Below, one piece after another: positions 1 through 11,946 of a stretch of DNA of 64,000 nucleotides. Within the stretch, counting starts at the first letter, position 1, and each line of letters begins with the position of its first letter. Source of the DNA: Klebsormidium nitens (taxonomy: Eukaryota; Plantae; Klebsormidiophyceae); assembly GCA_000708835.1 (NCBI GenBank), contig DF237144.1, forward strand, positions 62,001 to 126,000, written 5' to 3'. The position numbers were made by a program, and so were the translations under genes. The notes beneath the pieces were generated by a model. That model made no database searches. It was not told the origin of the DNA and saw only the letters and a list, made by a program, of their open reading frames with translations.

Positions 1-187
1 TATATGGGAGTTTCAAGCAGGGAACTTGATCCGCTGACGTCCTCCAAGCTTGTTGTCAGATCGACGGGAACCCCGGACTCAAAAGTACCTCCAAAGCCTG
101 GAGCACACTGAGTAATTGCACAGGATACTCTCTAACAAAAGAAAAGGAAAACTGATGGCAGGGAGGGAACGCGTTGAGAGATCTCAC

Positions 188-2592
188 CTTGATTTCCATC
201 TCCACGATACCGGAGATGTTGACACGCACGCCGTCCCCCGCGGCTGACGTCATCAGATGCTCGAGCGCGCACGAGCCGTCCGATGCGCCCCACGTGTCAT
301 CTCCAGAGCCCGCGAACCTGGGCTCGTGGAGAAGGATTGGCTCCGAGTCAAAGGCTTAGGTGAGGTTGCTGGAGAGAGACGCGTCGGGCCTATCAGCAAC
401 CGCCACGTGGACGGTGTGTTCGATTTGGCCGTCTTCGGAGGTGTAGATGAGGAAGAAGGAGTCCATCCAGGTTCCGGTGAAGCCGGTGTGTTCCGTTTCC
501 TGTGGGCGGAGAGCGGAACGTGGCCGTCGGTCAGGCAGACCAGGCGTGCAGATCAGATCCAAGGGCGTAAAATAAATGAGCAGCTAGAAGGTACGTAGAA
601 GTCTCGAGATTCAGAAAAGCGGCAATCCAAAATGGCTCCTGATGGTTGTCAGAATACGTCCGTTTAGTTGGAACCAGCTTTCTTCCATAGACGGAGGCAG
701 CGCAAGACGTGGAGCAGTTCTATCAGACATCGAGTTGAGCGCAAACCATTCTAGTTTCGAATCTGGACTCCGGAGATGCGGTTACAAATTGAAGGTAAAA
801 GCATGTAAAGGAACGTGAAAGGTACACACCTGCCCGATGAAGTGACTGTTCATGTGGAAACGCGTGTCGGAGATGAGGCAGAAATCCTTGTCCTGCAACG
901 GGGATTGGATAGTGTTAGAGACACGTGGCAGATGCTGATTCGCTCAGCTAGCCCAGGCTTCTAGACAGCTAATTTCTAATCTACAGCTCCTTTTTCTGAA
1001 AGACCACTGACGAAGACAGAGAGGAGGGATAATGAAACAGAGGGCCACAACGGAAAGAGACAACGACGCGATGACAGTGCGGGCTAAGGAGAGTAATTCG
1101 AGAAAAGGGCTGGATTACAAAATGAGGAGATTGCTTGCTTACCTTCTCTCCGTGAAAGTCGTACTTGATTCCTTCAGGTCCGTCAAAATGAGGGTCCTGT
1201 ACTCGTGTAAGAGAATGCATGAACACTTTTGATTAAAAACCGGAGTATGCCATGCATTGAAAGGCCCTTGAAAGCCAAAGCACGCCGTGAGGAGAGGCTT
1301 CGTTCCTTTCTCCGTTTTCATGGACAATCACAGCAATCCGAAATCACGAGCACTCCACAGATATGCAGATTTCTACTGCTGGAGTCAAAACGAAATATAT
1401 ACAAACTCGAAAATCGGAAAACCTAAAATAGACTCACCCCGTTTCCCCCCGGCGATGGGTTCGGGGCCGACACACACGTGCACTCTACACGTGTCGTAAA
1501 GCTCGACCGAGGGGGCTCAGGGGTGAGCGTTATTTTGGGGCGGCTGCAGCTCGTGGTGCACGTGCCTTTTTCGGACGTGGCAGCACCTGCAGACGGCAGC
1601 AGGGGGTAGTCGATGACGTCAGCAAAGGGGAGTGGGCCAAGACAGCCACGGCGGAGTGGTCAGCTTGGCAACATTGGGAGCAGGCAGCTGGAGTGTCAGC
1701 AAATAGTGCATGGTGCTGTCAGCAGAAGCTTATTGAGTTGCTCAGTCACGTCAGCATAATGTGATTGCTGACGTCAGCAGGAGCTGGTCACAGTGGTTCA
1801 GCACAGGTAATTCCTCTGACACCAACGAACATCAAAGCTGCCGCTCGAATCAGTGCCGGCAAGATGCTGCGTACATTTGACGATACCGTCGTCAAAGGAT
1901 TATCTGGCAAATAGCCGGCCTGCACAATCTGCTTCTCTTACCAGTTGACACTAGAGCTGCAACTTGCCAGTTCCCAAAGGGCTGCGCCCATTGACGGTGC
2001 CAGTGTTTGACGACTATCGTCCAGCAATCAGCTCCGCACATTGTTGTCAACACCAGTTGACACCAAAGCTACCGCTCACCACTTCCCGAGGTGCCACATG
2101 CATTGACAGGGGCATTCTGAAACAAAAACCAGCTCAGCAAATGTTTTATGACACCGACTGACACCAAAGCTGCACCTTACCAGTGCCCAAAGTGCCGCGC
2201 GCATCGATGGTGCCACTCTCAAAGCAGTCTTGTAACAGCATGTACTTCTTGACACCAATCGGCACCAAAGCTAACGCTCACGTCCAGTGCCGAAGTTGCT
2301 GCTCGCATTGACTGTATCTTATTAGAGACGTAACACAGTAATTGATTCCGCGCGCATATAATTTGATAGGGTTTCATACCAATTGACACCGACGCTGCGC
2401 CTTACCAGTGCCTGAGGTGCCGCGCGCATCGACGGAGCAGACCTTGTTAGCCACGAGGTTCTCCTTGTAGCACGCCCGGTAAATTCCCTCCGCAGAGGTC
2501 CCGGGGATCATCCCCGCGCAAAGCAGCACCACAAGCGCGGCCCGAAGCGCGAGCTTGCTGACGTCAGCATGGCGTGTCCTGGGAGCTGCCAT
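188..2592 (-). CDS. Secreted root-cap/LEA-related (VWD-like) protein, paralog A; 3' end runs off the window start
   Basis: Exons (minus): 2406-2592, 1438-1586, 1143-1196, 830-892, 188-499. All GT-AG and in frame. Signal peptide MAAPRTRHADVSKLALRAALVVLLCAGMIPGTSA, Cys-rich N-terminus, then GNG-DPHFDGPEGIKYDFHGEK-DKDFCLISDTRFHMNSHFIGQ-...GTWMDSFFLIY. This matches the plant root-cap family pattern (DPRF.G.DG..FYFHG.KD.DFCL.SD..LH.N.HFIG) as I recall it. Confidence 0.85.
1850..2330 (-). repeat. Decayed tandem echoes of the exon-1 3' end and donor site in intron 1 of paralog A
   Basis: At least 5 degenerate copies of ...CGATGCGCGCGGCACYTYRGGCACTG|GTAAG (best at ~2176-2240; others near 2075-2110, 1975-2005, 1855-1890, 2278-2315), separated by GACACCAAAGCT-type spacers. 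Confidence 0.7.
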
Positions 2593-2990
2593 AGTGCCAC
2601 TAGTTGCTGCCTGCGGGGGGAGGCGCAGCGTTTATGAGACAATGGGGTTAGTTTTTGGAACCTGGAAGCAGCTTAAAAGTGAAGGTGCTGAGATTGGTTG
2701 CAGGCAGCTGATCAAAAAGCGGAGCTCGGAGCTAATAAAAATACTAGAATTCGAAGCTGCAGCTTAAAAAAATGTGCTTCTTATGACCTTCTATCCGTAC
2801 GTTCACTCAATTCATGCTTTTCATGTTATATGAGCTGCAAGCTTCTTGTTCTGAGGCTGGCGGCTGGATGATATCGATTCTGTATGCATCTGGTGGCTAT
2901 GAAGCGACTACCAAAGCCGGAAAGCCCTTGCATTGGTACTCGAGTCTGTCTCACACACTACACTAATCTGCAAAGGCGACCTAAAAGGGT

Positions 2991-3365
2991 GAAGCTGTCA
3001 TGGCTTCGTCATTGTGAGGCAGCTATGACAGGAGTGATTTCTTGTTCAGTCAGTTCCGGACCGCGCTAAGGCTAAGAGATGTGTGCTGTCACGTCAAGAT
3101 GATGTGCGCACGCGCGGGTCACCGCTCACAGTCCGACCACGTCTGTCTAATCATTGAATCTCGCCGGAGAGGTCGGACTTCGTACAGCACGCAACGTCGA
3201 CGTATTCGAAAGCGTCGTCGTCTCTGACTCGCACAAAAACGTCAGATCGGATGTTCGACGATTTCAACGCTGGCACTGATCGGGTCGACCAAACCGGAGT
3301 GGACCGGTGGCCCCCCCCGGCCCGGCCTGGGATCAAGCTAATATGCCGGGGCGCCCGGACCCCTC
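2991..3365. promoter_or_regulatory. Upstream non-coding block conserved between the two root-cap paralogs (copy A)
   Basis: Shares AAGCTGTCATGGCTTCGTCATTGT, TTGAATCYCGCCGGAG..GTCGGACT.CGTAC.GCACGCAAC and GGATCAAGC.AA.ATGCCGGGGCGCCCGGAC with 10800-11135. Both copies lie ~400-780 bp upstream of the respective ATG. Confidence 0.55.
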
Positions 3366-5005
3366 GAGCAACGTTCCTCACGTGCGCTTGCGCGAGTCAG
3401 CTGCAATCTGCACATTGATTGCCACTGGCCAGTGGCTACAAGACAAAGCAGGTGGCAGCTTCGACGACGCAGCTAGCTGAATTAGAGCTACGTCGTAGCA
3501 GTATAGTCCTGAATCCTGATTTTGCAACTTGAAAGCCTGCCAGCCTGCCTCGCGTTTTTGGCCCGTTCCGGACCAATGTTCCACGCGCGCGGCGCGGGCA
3601 GTGGGTCATGCAGTCCAATTTTGAAGTCATATGGCGGCCGGATCGGACTCAAACGTTTTGACTTCTCAGGTCCAGTTCACTCTGACGTACACTATACCGT
3701 AGTACTGACGATGCAGAGACTATGTTCTTGTATTAGGCTATATATAAGTCACATACGGGTAAAGCAGAATTTATCTACGTCATACTGACGGTCCCTAGTA
3801 CCTACACTAAGCGGCAGTGATTGCTCGCGACACCGCATCACTTCGAACAACCTGTGTAGCTCCAGAGCAGGCATGCACCTGAGCCTGAGACCCTTAATTT
3901 TAGATCTGATTGTTCTCTGAGGGAAGTATAGTAATGGTATCGATCTTCTGACTAGTGCAACCCTTTCGTCACAGGCTAGAGACATGTCGGATTGTAGTAC
4001 GTCGGACGTACGCATGTAACAATCATGTTGAGTTGCATGTGCCTAGTGCTACTCAGATTGAAACATTGCATTTTGGTAGCCGTCGCATGAGGGACTGATT
4101 TGCATTGTGAGCCTGGCAGGTTCGTCGAGTCTGGAGGCTTGGTTTTGGTGAGTCGCATCTGTATAGCATGCATATAGCTGCAAGTCCAGTCTCCCTCTCA
4201 TCATGGAAAAACCTGCGCTATACTATTTAATTTGCACTCCTCACGTACTGTGAACGTCTCAAAAGTTGAAATTCTGACTTGTTCAGAAGCTTTTTCAAGC
4301 CTGTCATGCAGCTCTAGACTCACGGTTTCGACGTAGCGCTCCTCGAACGAACTTTTGGGTGTGCCAGACGGTTGGAGTTCGGACACTAACTCTGACGTGC
4401 GTATGAAGAATGCTGCTAAGTGTTTGACTGATTGCTTACCGCACCCCGGCCCCGCAGTCCTTTTCGACCGCTTCTTGTCTGCTTGACTGCCGCTCTGACT
4501 CCAGATTGTCCAAGTAGTGTACAAAAAGCACGTGACAAGAACTAACTTAGAAGTCTTATAAGTTCTGCCCAAAACAAGCGCCAAAAGATTGGACACGTTT
4601 GCTCGGGCGCTACTTGTAATAACCATGTTTTCTATTCCAGATCGTTCGTCTAACCAACGGTCACACTATGGAAAAAGCACACCTAGCTGTTTGACTCAAT
4701 TAAAGCACTCAAAGCAATCCAAAACCTCGTCAACTTTCTTGTGGGATTCAGAAGACTGTTGCTTCTGTCTATCTTCCCCCGGATTGGAAAGTTCCCTTCA
4801 GGCCGTCTATCTCACTCGGTCTCCCTTAGAGCCGCAAATCCGAAACCTTAGGATTCTCACGCCTCTAGGATCGTGGAACCTCGGGAGCCAATCCCAATCT
4901 CAAAAGACCTTTAAGATTCCAAAGCCCCGAACTTTTAAAGCCCTACGTCTGTAACGTCCAAAGCACCCAGAATCTAATACACCCGAACTCCCAAACCCTC
5001 AGACC

Positions 5006-8000
5006 CTAAACCCCCGCGCACAGCAGCCCGCCGTCCGCCACGTGGCGGCACGCGAAGCCGCCGCTGACGCTCAGGGTTTGCGCGTCGGCGCTGAGCAGCT
5101 TGCGGGACGAAGCCGCGTTCCGAGAGCCCGGTTGGTCCGTACTGGGCGTTTCGAAGGTGCGGACGTACTGGGAAAACTTGCAGTCCGGTGAAGCCAGGTC
5201 GGACGTCTGGTAGTCCCGGTACGTACCATCGACGATGCCCTCGCCGTTGTCGCCCACGTGGCCTGCGGCCTGTGCGGAAAAAGACGCCACGTTGGGCAGA
5301 GTTAGTTGGGTGGCGAACTAAATTGCCAAAGTTCAAGTAGCTGAAAATTGTATGAAAGACGGGACCTTTTCACTATGGTGCTTCTCTCCTTTCCCACTGG
5401 AAGTGCAGTTTCGCATCGAGGGCGCTGGATTTGAGTGATAAGATTGCGAGGAATTACCTTCATGCTTTGATTTGAAACATACAAAAGTGGGATTCGCATT
5501 GAAAACGGAGGTGTCAATCTTTCTCTGACCATAAAACGTTGAAGACGAGTAGCGCCCGGCCTTGCTTTGAAACCTGCATTTTCAGCCTTGACTATTTGAG
5601 GACCTTAACCTTAATCCTGGATGAACTTCCGTCTCTCACGCGTTTCAAGGCTTTTGATTTTGGAGATTCAAAGCTGTAGCGCATTGACAACTTGAAGGAT
5701 AATCTCAATGCGAGCGGAGAGCAAGCGTCTTCACCGCAGCGAAACGCACTCGCCCACTACGTCAGGCTGTCAGAAAATGAGTGACGTCAAAACGGCAATC
5801 TCGAAACCACATCGCCGCAAGTACTGCTGTTTGCGTCAAAGTTGGCACCCGAGCTCGGATCGAAACGCGCGTTCCTCGATCACGGATCGCGATGTCGGTT
5901 CCCGATGTTCCCTAAAGTACCCTCCCGGAAGGACTCCGGATACCAAATTGCTGACCGCTCCAAGTACTTCAACACCGGCCGAACTACAGGTAACGTTTTC
6001 AGGGGGGATGCTATCAAGGATCGAGGAACAACTTCGCGACTCGAGATTGAAAAGCGCGCATTCCGATCCCAGCTCGGGTGCCAACTTTGACGCAAACAGC
6101 AGTACTGCCGGGTTTGGTTTCCACATGGACGCTGCAGTTTGTCATCGCGAGACAGCGACGGCGTATCTCAAAAAAGACCAGAAAGAGGCGCTGACACTGT
6201 CTGGAGCTGCCAGTGGGAGCTCCAGACAAGTCCGTTTCGCGCGATTTTCAGAGATGGGTCTTTGAGATTCGTATCAAGAACTGCTGCTGCATAGCTGTCA
6301 CTCGTAGATATCTGACCTGAGGGTTTGTGCTAGGTTCCGGGGTAAAATGGATCTGCGGTCAAAGTTTCAGGGTTTGAGGGTTTGGAGATGCCCGCCCGGC
6401 CATACCTGGAACTGCTGAGGCTTGCCGCTCTTGAACATCTGGCCCAGGACTCCGTGCACTGATGACGTCATGCGCAGGGCGTTAATGGAGAAGTCGAGGT
6501 GGAGGCCGTCGGGGTAGTTGTGTGACGCGACCTGTGAGGGGTTTCTTCCGCGGTTAAGCAGCGTTTATCTGGGGGTCAAGCAGGGTTTCTATGCGGGTTA
6601 ACCAGCATGCATCTCTGGTTAAATGTGAATGGTCGAGCGGTGCGACGCGACGTGCGCAGGTTTAAGCAGAGTTTCCTTCAGGTTTCAATTTAGTTTCAGG
6701 AAGGAGAAGGGTTCGACAAAAGATCGATACGATCCATTGCTTCGAGAAGTTTCTTGAACATCGAGGCTGCTTTTGGTTCGACAGGAATGGATCGAAGGAG
6801 AAGGCCGTCACGGCAGAGGCGTAGAGCAACCTCCAAAACGTTTTATTTTTGGGTTAAGCAGTTTGCGGGTTGCAAAGAAGGGGATACCAAAATCGAAAAA
6901 ATAAGACAGAGTGGGTTCGGATCCGAATGGCAGAGTTGATGCACGTCTAAAATCAATCGCGAGCAGTAGGCAAAAGCGTTCTAGCTCACTATTATCTGTA
7001 CAACAGGCATTAAGAAAAGTCGATCAGGGGACTGTGCAACGCAAAGTGCACGTAGCGATTCTGAAATACGACCAGGTATGTGGGTTTTGAATAAGGACTT
7101 TATTAAACTCATGTCTTCTCCTGAGATCAGACGAGACCCAACTGAAATCGAACGGACTCTGTGACAACTTCAACGATTGCAGAGAGGAACAGATGCACAA
7201 GAATCTGTTCAACCGAAGAGGAAAAAGAAAAGCCGGAGAACACGCGTCGAAATTCCACCTGGATTGTCATGTCCACGACACCCGAGATGTTGACACGCAC
7301 GCCGTCCGTCGCGGCTGACGTCATCAGATGCTCGAGAGCGCAGGAGCCGTCCGATGCGCGCCACGTGTCATCTCCGGAGCCCGCGATTCTGGGCTCGTGC
7401 AGAAGAATGGGCTTGGAATCGAAGGCGATTGTGAGGTTGCTGGCGAGAGACACGTCGGGCGTATCAGCGACCGCCACGTGGACGGTGTGTTCGGTCTGGC
7501 CATCTTCGGTACTATAGATGAGGAAGAAGGAGTCCATCCAGGTTCCGGTGAAGCCCGTGTGTTCCGTTTCCTGTGGGCGAGATCGGAATTGATAATTTGT
7601 CAGAAAGATGAAGGAAGTATGTCAGCTAGAGGTACAGAACAACATATATTATAAGCCAAGGAAGTGTTTGTATGTTGCGAGGCTTCTGCCGGTCATCAAG
7701 AGAGAACCATGCAGTGGCAGTTGTACAGCAAAAGTGGACGGTAAATTTTGCTTCGAAAGTGGATCGAAGCAGCGAAATGCATTCAGCAGATCGCACCGAG
7801 CTGAACGTAAACCTATCCTAGATCAGGTCTGTACGTAAGACCTGGCGACGTATGAGTGGTAAAAGACAAAACATGCCGTAGATTAAATCGCAAAGGAAGA
7901 TTGAAAATCTATACCTGTCCAATGAAGTGACTGTTCATTTGGAACCGAGCGTCGGTGATGAGGCAAAAGTCCTTATCCTGCAAAGGAGAATGGGCAATTT

Positions 8001-10358
8001 TGGTGACACGTGGCAGATAACCACTGGGTTAGCCAGTGGGTGCCGGACAAACTACAAACGGAGCTTCTGTCGTCAGTGAACTGCTGACACGTGACTAGCT
8101 GTGCATTGCAAAGTTGGGAACTCTACATGACCAGCTTACAAGAAGAACTTAATATACGATACAATCAAGAACAATCGAGAATACAACAACGAGGCAATAC
8201 GTTGGGCACAATCTGAAAGGAGTGCATTAATCGACCCGGCCCCAACTCGAGCGAAGATTGAAACGCGACTTGCACAATTTATATGTTCTTCAAGACGAAG
8301 TCAACCCAGCAACTTAGATAGGAAGTGTCACGACACCGTCACAGAGGATGATTTGAGTCGACGAAAGGGCATTCAAGATCACAGTGCTTGAAGCGGTTCC
8401 AAGGCCTGTGAAACAGACCTCTGCCGAAGAGTGTGAAAAGGCTCCAGCGTTCGAACCGCCTGAACACTGTGAGTGGCAATTGTGGTTCTTAATGAGTGGA
8501 CATCTGATGTCTTGGCAGGATTCCAGCAAGAATTAGTTTGCATTTTGGCTTAGAGTGGGAGTGGAATCAAGGTATTAAGAAAGAAGGTGAACATGGAACT
8601 TTCGTGAGAGCCCAGTAAGAAAGTGAGGTTTCATCGAGACACTCAAAAGTAAGGTGTTATCACGAGGAAATTGTTTGCTCACCTGTTCTCCGTGGAAGTC
8701 ATACTTGATACCTTCAGGTCCGTCAAAATGAGGGTCCTGCATAACGCACGTAAGGCACTGATTGAGAAACTTGGAAACGGAATGGCCCCCCAACGAGGAT
8801 GACATATTGGAAAACCTATGCTTTTCTGAAAGTGGGGAAGCGTTTGCAGGATTTGGTTCTGTATGAAAAGATCGACGTAGCTTTGGTCCGCAACAGATGC
8901 GAAACAGCGGAGAGAGATAGAGAGTGCTTCTGAAACAAAGGCAGTGCCAGCTTTCAGTCTCCCTCAGAAGCAGTCACAGGAAAGAATACAAGGGACTTTC
9001 TTTCAAGGCAAAAGAACCGATATGCTGCGACAGTTGCAGAACTCTGGAAGAGAATGGCAACACAGAGCGACGTTTGCCAAGCCAGCAATGGAGATACAGG
9101 AACTATCTCAGAACGTGCAAGACTTAGGTGGCATCTGACAGTGAGCTCACCGCATTACGTCAAGGAGAGAAACGAAAGTTGAACAACACAACGATTGCAA
9201 CGTCGGCAAACCTGATACAAGATGCGCGTCGAAACTGTGCAAACGTTGATTGTCATCTGACGATGACCTCACCGCATTGTGTCAAGGAAAGAACTGAAAG
9301 TTTGCAACGTACACTTGTAGATTCTAGATGTTGCTGAACATCACAATGTTTGCAACGTCGGCATGCAAGTCTCATACAAGATGCAAGTCAGAACTGTGGG
9401 GAAACTGTGCAAACCCTCCACTGTAAATGATAGCCCGGTTTGAGACCGCTTCGATCTTAAACCTATTCAGGTTTTCAGGCTAATTTGGTCTTAAACGTTG
9501 TGTCAGACCATTTTGATCTTAAGTGCTGATTTTTTGAGTTCAAAACGGCCTCAGCAAACAATCTTAAACCGGGTAATGATTTGATGTGTTCATTGTCATC
9601 TGAAGAGTGAGCTCACCCCGTTGCCCCCGGGGGCCGGGTTTGGGGCCGCAGCGCACACGCACTTGACAACTGTCGTCACAGTGGATACCGGCGACTCAGA
9701 GATGAACTCTTTCTTGGGGGAGCTGCAGGTCAGAGTGCACGTGCCTTTCTCGCACGTGGCGTCACCTGCGGACGTCAGCAGAAGGTGGTCAGTGACGTCA
9801 GCAAAGGTCGGGGTGGATCTTGGCAACACAGAGCGGTCTGTGACGTGAGGAGCAGGCAGTTGGCCGAGGGTCAGCGGAGAGTGTACACTGGCGGCTGTCA
9901 GCGGAAACTGCTCAGTCCCGTCAGCGGAAAGCGAATGCTGACGTCAGCAGGCGCGGTCACACTGTTTCAGCACAGGTTCTTGACACCAGTTGACACCAAA
10001 AGTACCGCCCACCAGAGCTCGAGGTGCCGCACACACTGACGGTGCCAAAGTCAGAGCATGTTCCCACATTACATACCCTATCACCCTAGCTCTCATACGC
10101 TTTAGACACCAGTCGACAGCAGATACTTCTTGACACCGCTTGACACCAGAGCTACTACGTACCAGAGCCCGAGGTGCCGCGCACACTGACGGTGCCAGTG
10201 TCGGAGCAGACCTTGGCGTCCAAGGGCGACTCCTTGTAGCAGGCCTTGCAATTCCCCGCAGCAAAAACCGCAGGAGCCATCCCAACGCAGAAAAGCAGCA
10301 CGAGCGCGGCCCGCAGAGCGCCCCTGCTGACGTTAGAATGACGCTTGTTGGGAGCCAT
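5006..10358 (-). CDS. Secreted root-cap/LEA-related (VWD-like) protein, paralog B, ~387 aa, complete
   Basis: Exons (minus): 10163-10358, 9617-9765, 8683-8736, 7915-7977, 7259-7570, 6406-6531, 5006-5269 (1164 nt, in frame). Signal peptide. Motifs DPHFDGPEGIKYDFHGEQ, HLDFSINALRMTSSVHGVLGQMF, GTYRDYQTSDLASPDCKFSQY and C-terminal FACRHVADGGLLCAGV*. Exons 2-5 have the same lengths as in paralog A (149/54/63/312). The exon-5 donor (GTGGAA) is weak. Confidence 0.88.
5824..6102. mobile_element. MITE, TA target-site duplication (Tc1/mariner-type), in the last intron of paralog B
   Basis: TIR CTGCTGTTTGCGTCAAAGTTGGCACCCGAGCT (32/32 match), extending imperfectly to ~55 bp. Flanked by TA at 5822-5823 and 6103-6104. 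279 bp, non-coding. Confidence 0.8.
9133..9410. repeat. Imperfect intronic tandem duplication (~120-bp offset)
   Basis: CATCTGAC..TGA.CTCACCGCATT..GTCAAGGA.AGAA.TGAAAG...TGCAACGTCGGCA...ATACAAGATGC...GAAACTGTGCAAAC occurs twice (starts ~9133 and ~9254). Confidence 0.65.
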
Positions 10359-10799
10359 ATTTACGTTGCCGGTTGCTGGCTGAGAGCAGAGGCGCAGTAT
10401 ATGAGGGAAGCTTTGGTGTGGCGGCGTAGAATTGCGAGCTGGGCCGTTCGACTTATCCGATTGCGAGTAGCTTGGGATCAATGCGGAGCTGGTTAGAATG
10501 AAAGTTGGATTCAAGGCCTTTTGTATGGAGCCGGAGATTGTTTTAGTCGGTACCAGCTCCTGAACCGGAAGCAGTAGTCGTCGTGTATTGCTTCAATAGT
10601 GCTTCGCGTTCTTGAAGGAAAGTACCGTAGCTACTATACTAGTAGGTTCTCAGAACTGCCGGGCCGGACAGTGGGAGTTGTTTCAGTCTGTAGCTAAGAA
10701 GCGTCGGACGAAACTGTGTTAGTTGAAGCCGCTCGCCGTCTTAATGGAGTCACACCTCTGCTGTACTGGTCTGCCATGCAAGCCGCGAAGGGAGAGAAT

Positions 10800-11135
10800 G
10801 AAGCTGTCATGGCTTCGTCATTGTAAGACAGCTGTGACAGCAATTGCTTCTTTAGCGATCGCTTCGGCTGAGAGTTGAACTGCCACGTCACGATGTGCAC
10901 ACCCGCCGATTCATTCCGACCACTGTCTATCCTTGAATCCCGCCGGAGCAGTCGGACTCCGTACCGCACGCAACATACGAATATTTCGTCGATTCTTACT
11001 CGCCCTGAATGGGCAGTCCGACGTTCGACGACATCAACGCACTGATTGGGGATCAAGCAGCACGCAGTCTGACGGACGGCCCCCCCGCGCGCCCGCGGCC
11101 CTGGATCAAGCGAAGATGCCGGGGCGCCCGGACGT
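10800..11135. promoter_or_regulatory. Upstream non-coding block conserved between the two root-cap paralogs (copy B)
   Basis: Aligns by eye to 2991-3365 at the same distance from the ATG. Confidence 0.55.
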
Positions 11136-11946
11136 AACCCCCGGACAATCTTCCTCAGCATGACTGTATCATCCTCTGGGCACTGTGAGTCACGTGCGCT
11201 CATGGCCGCCCGGCTGCGTGCATGCAGTGGCAGATAGCTACATAACTCGAAGTAATTCGAAGATATAAGCGGGCGGCTGGCAGGCTGCTTAAACTTGCAA
11301 GCCTGCTGGTTCGTTTCCGTTTAAGTTGAACTCCGTAAGTCGCGTCTCCAACTTCAATACCGTAGGTGGCCCTTACTCGTCAATCATGTAGGCGGATTCA
11401 TGTCAGGTACGTTCCGTGACCGTTCAATCCTGCATTGAACCATACTATAGCCAGCTAGCTTTTAAGCAGGATACCCAGGCGTGGGCCGCATGCACAACAG
11501 AGGAGGCGGTAAGTTATGCACACATCTGGCATCATGGTTGGGGCGCGACAGTTGCGTGGCACGAACCAATAGTGTAGTCCCTCACGCACGACGCTCTGTG
11601 AGTGCAAAATGTAGCCAATGGGTGCTCAAACCGCCCGGCAATCCTTCAACTATTGAATGTTTACCAATCAATATCCAAAGTTACAGAGCAAAAGCCTGAT
11701 GGCATGGCTCTACTTGGCGATGCATGTCGGATCTTCACTCTAGCTCCCGCAATCCAAACTCAGTTACTGTCCCGGCACACTATGCACAACAGCTACTGAC
11801 TCTTGCAACACGAAAGCTGCCGGCCGCAGCTACTCCTACTGATTACGAGACCACGTTAAGATCTGGACGGGTTACAGCGCCCTTCTATCCCTGAGTATCG
11901 TTAGTCGTGTGTCACGCGCTCTCTGCAAAAACTACGGCCGTGAAAA

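Noticed and set aside
4985-5012. AAACCCT-like and TTTGAGGG-like motifs (also ~6365-6385) resembling telomeric repeats
   Set aside because: Only 2-3 degenerate units; not an interstitial telomere array.
5708-6265. 185-aa ORF and mirror-image ORFs on both strands
   Set aside because: Explained by the inverted repeats of the intronic MITE.
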